The notes beneath the pieces were generated by a model. That model had not been told where the DNA came from, did not search any database, and saw only the letters and a program-made list of their open reading frames with translations. A stretch of DNA of 55,326 nucleotides from contig CAZEMA010000004.1 in the NCBI GenBank assembly GCA_964513155.1, forward strand, positions 5,284 through 60,609. Direction: 5' to 3'. Position numbers and translations under genes: made by a program. Source of the DNA: an uncultured Anaerolineaceae bacterium (GTDB lineage: Bacteria > Chloroflexota > Anaerolineae > Anaerolineales > E44-bin32). This document shows positions 51,442-55,326 of the stretch, in pieces; the first letter of the stretch is position 1, and every line of letters starts with the position of its first letter.

Positions 51442-52791
51442 ATGCTCTCATCCATAGCCGCTGATCTTCTCAGGCTCGCAGCCGTTGTTCTCCTGGTTTT
51501 AGTCAACGGCTTCTTCGTCGCGGCGGAATTCGCCCTGGTCAGCGTGCGTCGTACCCGGGTTGACGAACTTGTCGCTCGCGGCAGCCAGCCCGCCCGCTGG
51601 GCCCAGAAGGCCATTCAGAATCCAGACCGCTTTATCGCTGCCACCCAGCTTGGCATCACCATGGCCAGCCTCGGCCTGGGTTGGATCGGCGAGCCCGCCT
51701 TGGCCCATCTCCTGCAGCCCGTGATCTCCCTCTTCCCCGGCCTGCCACAAGATGGTATCAGCCACAGCCTGTCCGCAGCCTTCGCCTTTGCCGTCATCAC
51801 CCTCCTGCACGTCGTGGTCGGCGAGCTGGCTCCCAAGTCCGTGGCCCTGCAGGATCCCGAGCGCACGGCCCTGGCGGTTGCCCAGCCGACCGTGTGGATC
51901 GAATGGATCTTCAAGCCCGCCATCTGGGGCTTGAATGGCGCAGGCAACGCCCTGCTTCGCCTGCTTAAGGTCAAACCTGCTTCGGCCCACGAAATGGTCC
52001 ACTCGGTTGAGGAGCTGAAGATGCTGGTTTCGGCCAGCGCCGAGAGCGGGGTGGTGGAACCCGATGAGCAGGAGATGCTTCATGCCGTCTTCGATTTCGG
52101 CGACACGCTCGTCCGACAGGTGATGCTTCCTCGAACGGAGATCGTCGCCGTCGCAGCCGACGCCTCGCTGGACGAGATGATCGCCATCGCCCTGCGTCAC
52201 CCGTACACCAAGTTCCCTGTCTATGGGGGCGACCTCGACGAGGTTCTGGGGGTGGTCCATCTCCATGACATCATGCGGGCCCGCCATACCGACCGAACCG
52301 GTCCGACCACCGCCCGCGCCTTGATGCGCGAGGCCCTGTTCGTGCCCGAGACCGTCCCCGTCAACACGCTGCTGCAGCGATTCCGCGCCCGTCGCCAGCA
52401 TATCGCCATCGTTCTCGACGAGTACGGCGGCACGGCAGGGTTGGTCACGCTGGAGGACTTGCTCGAGGAAATCGTCGGCGAGGTGAGTGACGAGTTCGAC
52501 GAGGGGCCCGCCATCCAACCCCTCCCAGACGGCTCGTTCATGCTGGACGGGTTGACCAGCATTGAAGAGGTGAACGAGTATTTCCACCTCGGTCTTCAGG
52601 ATCCAAACTACGATACGATTGCCGGTTTCATCCTTGGCCGCCTTGGCCGCCTGGCACAGGTGGGGGATACGGTGACTGCTGGTAGCATGCGCCTGAGGGT
52701 GGAGGCCCTCGACGGCAGACGGATCGCCCGCCTCTCGCTCTACCCTGCGCAGACGCCAGCCGCTCCCTCGCCACCCCCCGCCCCGTGCTGA
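51442..52791 (+). CDS. CNNM/CorC/HlyC-family membrane protein (DUF21 + CBS pair + CorC_HlyC)
   Basis: The N-terminal TM region contains NGFFVAAEFALVS. MLPRTEIV marks the CBS pair. The C-terminal transporter-associated domain is present (DGSFMLDGLTSIEEVN). Confidence 0.85.
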   Translation: MLSSIAADLLRLAAVVLLVLVNGFFVAAEFALVSVRRTRVDELVARGSQPARWAQKAIQNPDRFIAATQLGITMASLGLGWIGEPALAHLLQPVISLFPGLPQDGISHSLSAAFAFAVITLLHVVVGELAPKSVALQDPERTALAVAQPTVWIEWIFKPAIWGLNGAGNALLRLLKVKPASAHEMVHSVEELKMLVSASAESGVVEPDEQEMLHAVFDFGDTLVRQVMLPRTEIVAVAADASLDEMIAIALRHPYTKFPVYGGDLDEVLGVVHLHDIMRARHTDRTGPTTARALMREALFVPETVPVNTLLQRFRARRQHIAIVLDEYGGTAGLVTLEDLLEEIVGEVSDEFDEGPAIQPLPDGSFMLDGLTSIEEVNEYFHLGLQDPNYDTIAGFILGRLGRLAQVGDTVTAGSMRLRVEALDGRRIARLSLYPAQTPAAPSPPPAPC

Positions 52792-55301
52792 GAACCGTGT
52801 TCCTCGAAATTGCTGTCAATCTCCCGCCGGTCCGCGGCACCTTTCACTACCACGTCCCCCCAGAACTCGAAGGCCAGGTCGGACTGGGACATCTGGTGAC
52901 GGCTCCCTTCGGCCCCCGCCGCGTCCAAGGGGTCGTTGTTGGCCTGCCCGAGACGGCCGAGGTCCCCGAGACCCGACCCATCGAGGGCCTCGTCGACCCC
53001 CAACCCGTCCTCACGCGTGCCCAAATTGACCTCGCCCGCTGGCTTGCCGTCGAGAATCTCACACCTCTGATCGACTGCCTGACCTTGATGCTGCCTCCTG
53101 GCCTCAGCCAGCAGGCTGACAGCCTCTACACCCTGCAGGGGACCGCCGCCCAGCCTGCCAACGCCGCCGAAGGCCGTCTCCTTCGCTTGCTCACCCGGCG
53201 CGGGCCGCTGCGAGGCCGGCAGATCGCCCATGCTCTCCCCCGACACGACTGGCGGCGGGCGGCTGAGGCTCTGGTCCACCGGGGCCTCCTCACCCGGGTC
53301 TCCGTCCTCGACCCCCCGCGACTCCGCCCGCGCCATCTGCACACCGCCAGCCTGGCCGTCCTCCCCGAACAAGCCCGTGCGGCCTGCAAGGAACTCTCGC
53401 AGGCGCCGAGCCAGGCCGGCCGGCGCCGCCGAGCGATCCTGGAAGCCCTCCTACGCGAGGGTGGTCCCCTTGAGCTCACCTGGGTCTACGCCGAAAGCGG
53501 GGGGCGTTTGGAGGATCTACGGCGTCTCGAGAGCCAGGGCCTGGTGTCCCTGGGCGAAGCCGAGGTCTGGCGCGATCCGCTCGCCGAGATGGAGTTCGTC
53601 CCCACCGAGGCACCCCAGTTGACGCGTGATCAGGCCCTGGTCTGGTCACAGGTGGCGGCCGGGTTGGCCTCGGCGGCCGCAGGTCAGGCCGTCGTCCCAT
53701 TCCTGCTACACGGCGTGACCGGCTCAGGCAAGACCGAGATCTATCTACGTGCCGTGGAGGAAACGCTGGGGCTAGGCCGCCAAGCGATCGTGTTGGTACC
53801 CGAGATCGCCCTCACGCCGCAGACGGTGCGTCGCTTCCTGGCCCGCTTCCCGGGCCGGGTCGGGGTTCTCCATTCGCAGCTCACCGAAGGTCAGCGCTAC
53901 GATACCTGGCGCCGTTGCCGGGCCGGGTTGGTCGGGGTGGTGGTAGGTGCCCGCAGCGCTCTCTTCGCACCGCTCTCCGGAGTCGGCCTCATCGTGCTGG
54001 ACGAGGCTCACGACGACTCCTACAAGGAACAGGGACAGGCGCCCCGCTACGACACCCGCCTGACGGCGGTGGAGTATGCCCGCCACCTCGGCGCCGTCTG
54101 TGTGCTCGGGAGCGCCACCCCCGATGTCAACCTGACATACCGGGCATCCCGGGGCGCACTCACGGCGCTCAGCCTCCCCTCGCGCATCCTCGGCCACCGG
54201 GACCGCCTGAGCCAGCAGGCCGCCCAACTCGGCGTGACCTCTCGCTATCACCCCGCCGAGGGTGAGGCCGAAATGATCGAACTTCCCCCCGTTCAGGTCG
54301 TCGACATGCGCCAGGAGCTTAAGGCCGGCAACCGTTCGCTCTTCAGCCGGCCACTCCAGCAAGCCCTGGCAGTGACCCTGGCCGCGGGCCAGCAGGCGAT
54401 CCTCTTCCTCAACCGCCGTGGCACCTCGACCTACCTCTTCTGCCGCGACTGCGGCGCACCCTTGCTCTGCCCGCGCTGTGAGACGCCGCTCACCTATCAC
54501 AGCGCTCAGGAGGAGCTCCTGTGCCACCACTGCGGCGCCCATCGCCGGCCGCCCGCCGTCTGCCCCGCTTGCGGCAGCCCTCGCCTGCGTCACTTTGGAG
54601 CCGGCACCCAGAGGATCGAAGCCGAGGTCCAACGGATGCTACCCGCTGCCCGTACCTTGCGCTGGGATTGGGACGCCACCCGCGCGGCTGGGTCTCACGA
54701 CATCATCCTCGCCCACTTCTCCGCCCACCGGGCCGATTTCCTCATCGGCACCCAGATGATCGCCAAGGGTCTCGACCTGCCCCTGGTGACCCTGGTAGGT
54801 GTAGTCTCTGCCGACACCGGACTCAACCTGCCCGACTTCCGCGCCGCCGAGCGCACATTCCAGGTGCTGACACAGGTGGCCGGCCGGGCGGGGCGAGGCC
54901 TTTTGGGAGGGCGCGTCATCCTGCAGACCTACCAGCCTGAGCACTACGCCATCCAGGCCGCCGCTGCCCACGACTACCAGGCATTCTACAAGCAGGAGCT
55001 TCGCCACCGCCGTGAGCTCGACTACCCGCCTTTCCGACGCCTGGCCAGGCTGCTCTACCGCAACGTCTCAGAGCGCAAAGCGCAATCCGAAGCCGAGCGC
55101 ATGGCCCACCTCCTGGCCGGTCGGATCGCCCACGCGGAGGCCAAGGCTGACCTGATCGGCCCCGTCCCCTGCTTCTTCCGTCGCGTGCGGGGCGATTATC
55201 GCTGGCAGGTGGTCGTCCGCGCTGCCGACCCGGTGGCCGTGCTGCCCGAGACCCTGCCCGAAGGCTGGGCGGTTGACGTCGACCCGGTCTCGCTCCTCTA
55301 G
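52785..55301 (+). CDS. priA: Primosomal protein N' (replication restart helicase PriA)
   Basis: It has Walker A (LLHGVTGSGKTEIYL), DEAH (VLDEAHDDSY) and a Cys-rich zinc region (CRDCGAPLLCPRCETPLTYH...LLCHHCG...CPACGS). A GTG start overlaps the upstream stop. Confidence 0.9.
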   Translation: MLRTVFLEIAVNLPPVRGTFHYHVPPELEGQVGLGHLVTAPFGPRRVQGVVVGLPETAEVPETRPIEGLVDPQPVLTRAQIDLARWLAVENLTPLIDCLTLMLPPGLSQQADSLYTLQGTAAQPANAAEGRLLRLLTRRGPLRGRQIAHALPRHDWRRAAEALVHRGLLTRVSVLDPPRLRPRHLHTASLAVLPEQARAACKELSQAPSQAGRRRRAILEALLREGGPLELTWVYAESGGRLEDLRRLESQGLVSLGEAEVWRDPLAEMEFVPTEAPQLTRDQALVWSQVAAGLASAAAGQAVVPFLLHGVTGSGKTEIYLRAVEETLGLGRQAIVLVPEIALTPQTVRRFLARFPGRVGVLHSQLTEGQRYDTWRRCRAGLVGVVVGARSALFAPLSGVGLIVLDEAHDDSYKEQGQAPRYDTRLTAVEYARHLGAVCVLGSATPDVNLTYRASRGALTALSLPSRILGHRDRLSQQAAQLGVTSRYHPAEGEAEMIELPPVQVVDMRQELKAGNRSLFSRPLQQALAVTLAAGQQAILFLNRRGTSTYLFCRDCGAPLLCPRCETPLTYHSAQEELLCHHCGAHRRPPAVCPACGSPRLRHFGAGTQRIEAEVQRMLPAARTLRWDWDATRAAGSHDIILAHFSAHRADFLIGTQMIAKGLDLPLVTLVGVVSADTGLNLPDFRAAERTFQVLTQVAGRAGRGLLGGRVILQTYQPEHYAIQAAAAHDYQAFYKQELRHRRELDYPPFRRLARLLYRNVSERKAQSEAERMAHLLAGRIAHAEAKADLIGPVPCFFRRVRGDYRWQVVVRAADPVAVLPETLPEGWAVDVDPVSLL

Positions 55302-55326
55302 CGCACTCCTCGAACGCTAGTGCCCA

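Noticed and set aside
1-55326. Mobile-element hallmarks (integrase, transposase, tRNA attachment site, flanking direct repeats) that would make the amine supercluster or the FtsK-like operon a genomic island. I also looked for tRNA and rRNA genes.
   Set aside because: I recognised none on either strand. The only island-like hints are the lower GC of the pot block and the three gene remnants. Absence by eye is not proof.

Overview
This is a high-GC (about 65-70% by eye) bacterial chromosomal segment. The gene content (spoVS, strong GGAGG Shine-Dalgarno sites, a Cheo-type SOS box, non-Pyl MttB paralogs) suggests a Chloroflexota-like organism, but that is only an inference. I found no rRNA, tRNA, CRISPR array, transposase or integrase. 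Housekeeping genes sit at both ends: coaE, rsgA, a class-B PBP, maf, hom, then spoVS, holB, holA and priA. The centre (about 16.2-42.4 kb) is a single-strand run of 21 intact genes plus one gene remnant. It contains an Lrp-type regulator, potABCD-like polyamine uptake, two saccharopine-dehydrogenase-like paralogs and four class-III aminotransferases. It also holds one cobalamin-binding corrinoid protein, four divergent non-pyrrolysine MttB-family methyltransferases, and a family-5 SBP with two permeases but no ATPase genes. A tungsten-type aldehyde:ferredoxin oxidoreductase with an overlapping MoaD/ThiS-like gene closes the run. A candidate partner methyltransferase (pterin-binding, MtrH/AcsE/MtgA-like) with a CooC-like ATPase lies 25 kb away at the left edge. 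The second strong candidate for something undescribed is a minus-strand operon at 48.5-50.2 kb. It encodes a soluble minimal FtsK-like ATPase and two small unknown proteins. Its promoter is near-consensus (TTGACA-17-TATCAT) and overlaps two GAAC-N4-GTTC-type LexA boxes. Other observations are three gene remnants (ALDH, histidine kinase, GNAT), several very long perfect hairpins, a dispersed 40-nt repeat and an 81-bp in-frame tandem duplication. Every functional call rests on my reading of the translated ORFs and motifs. No database search was run.
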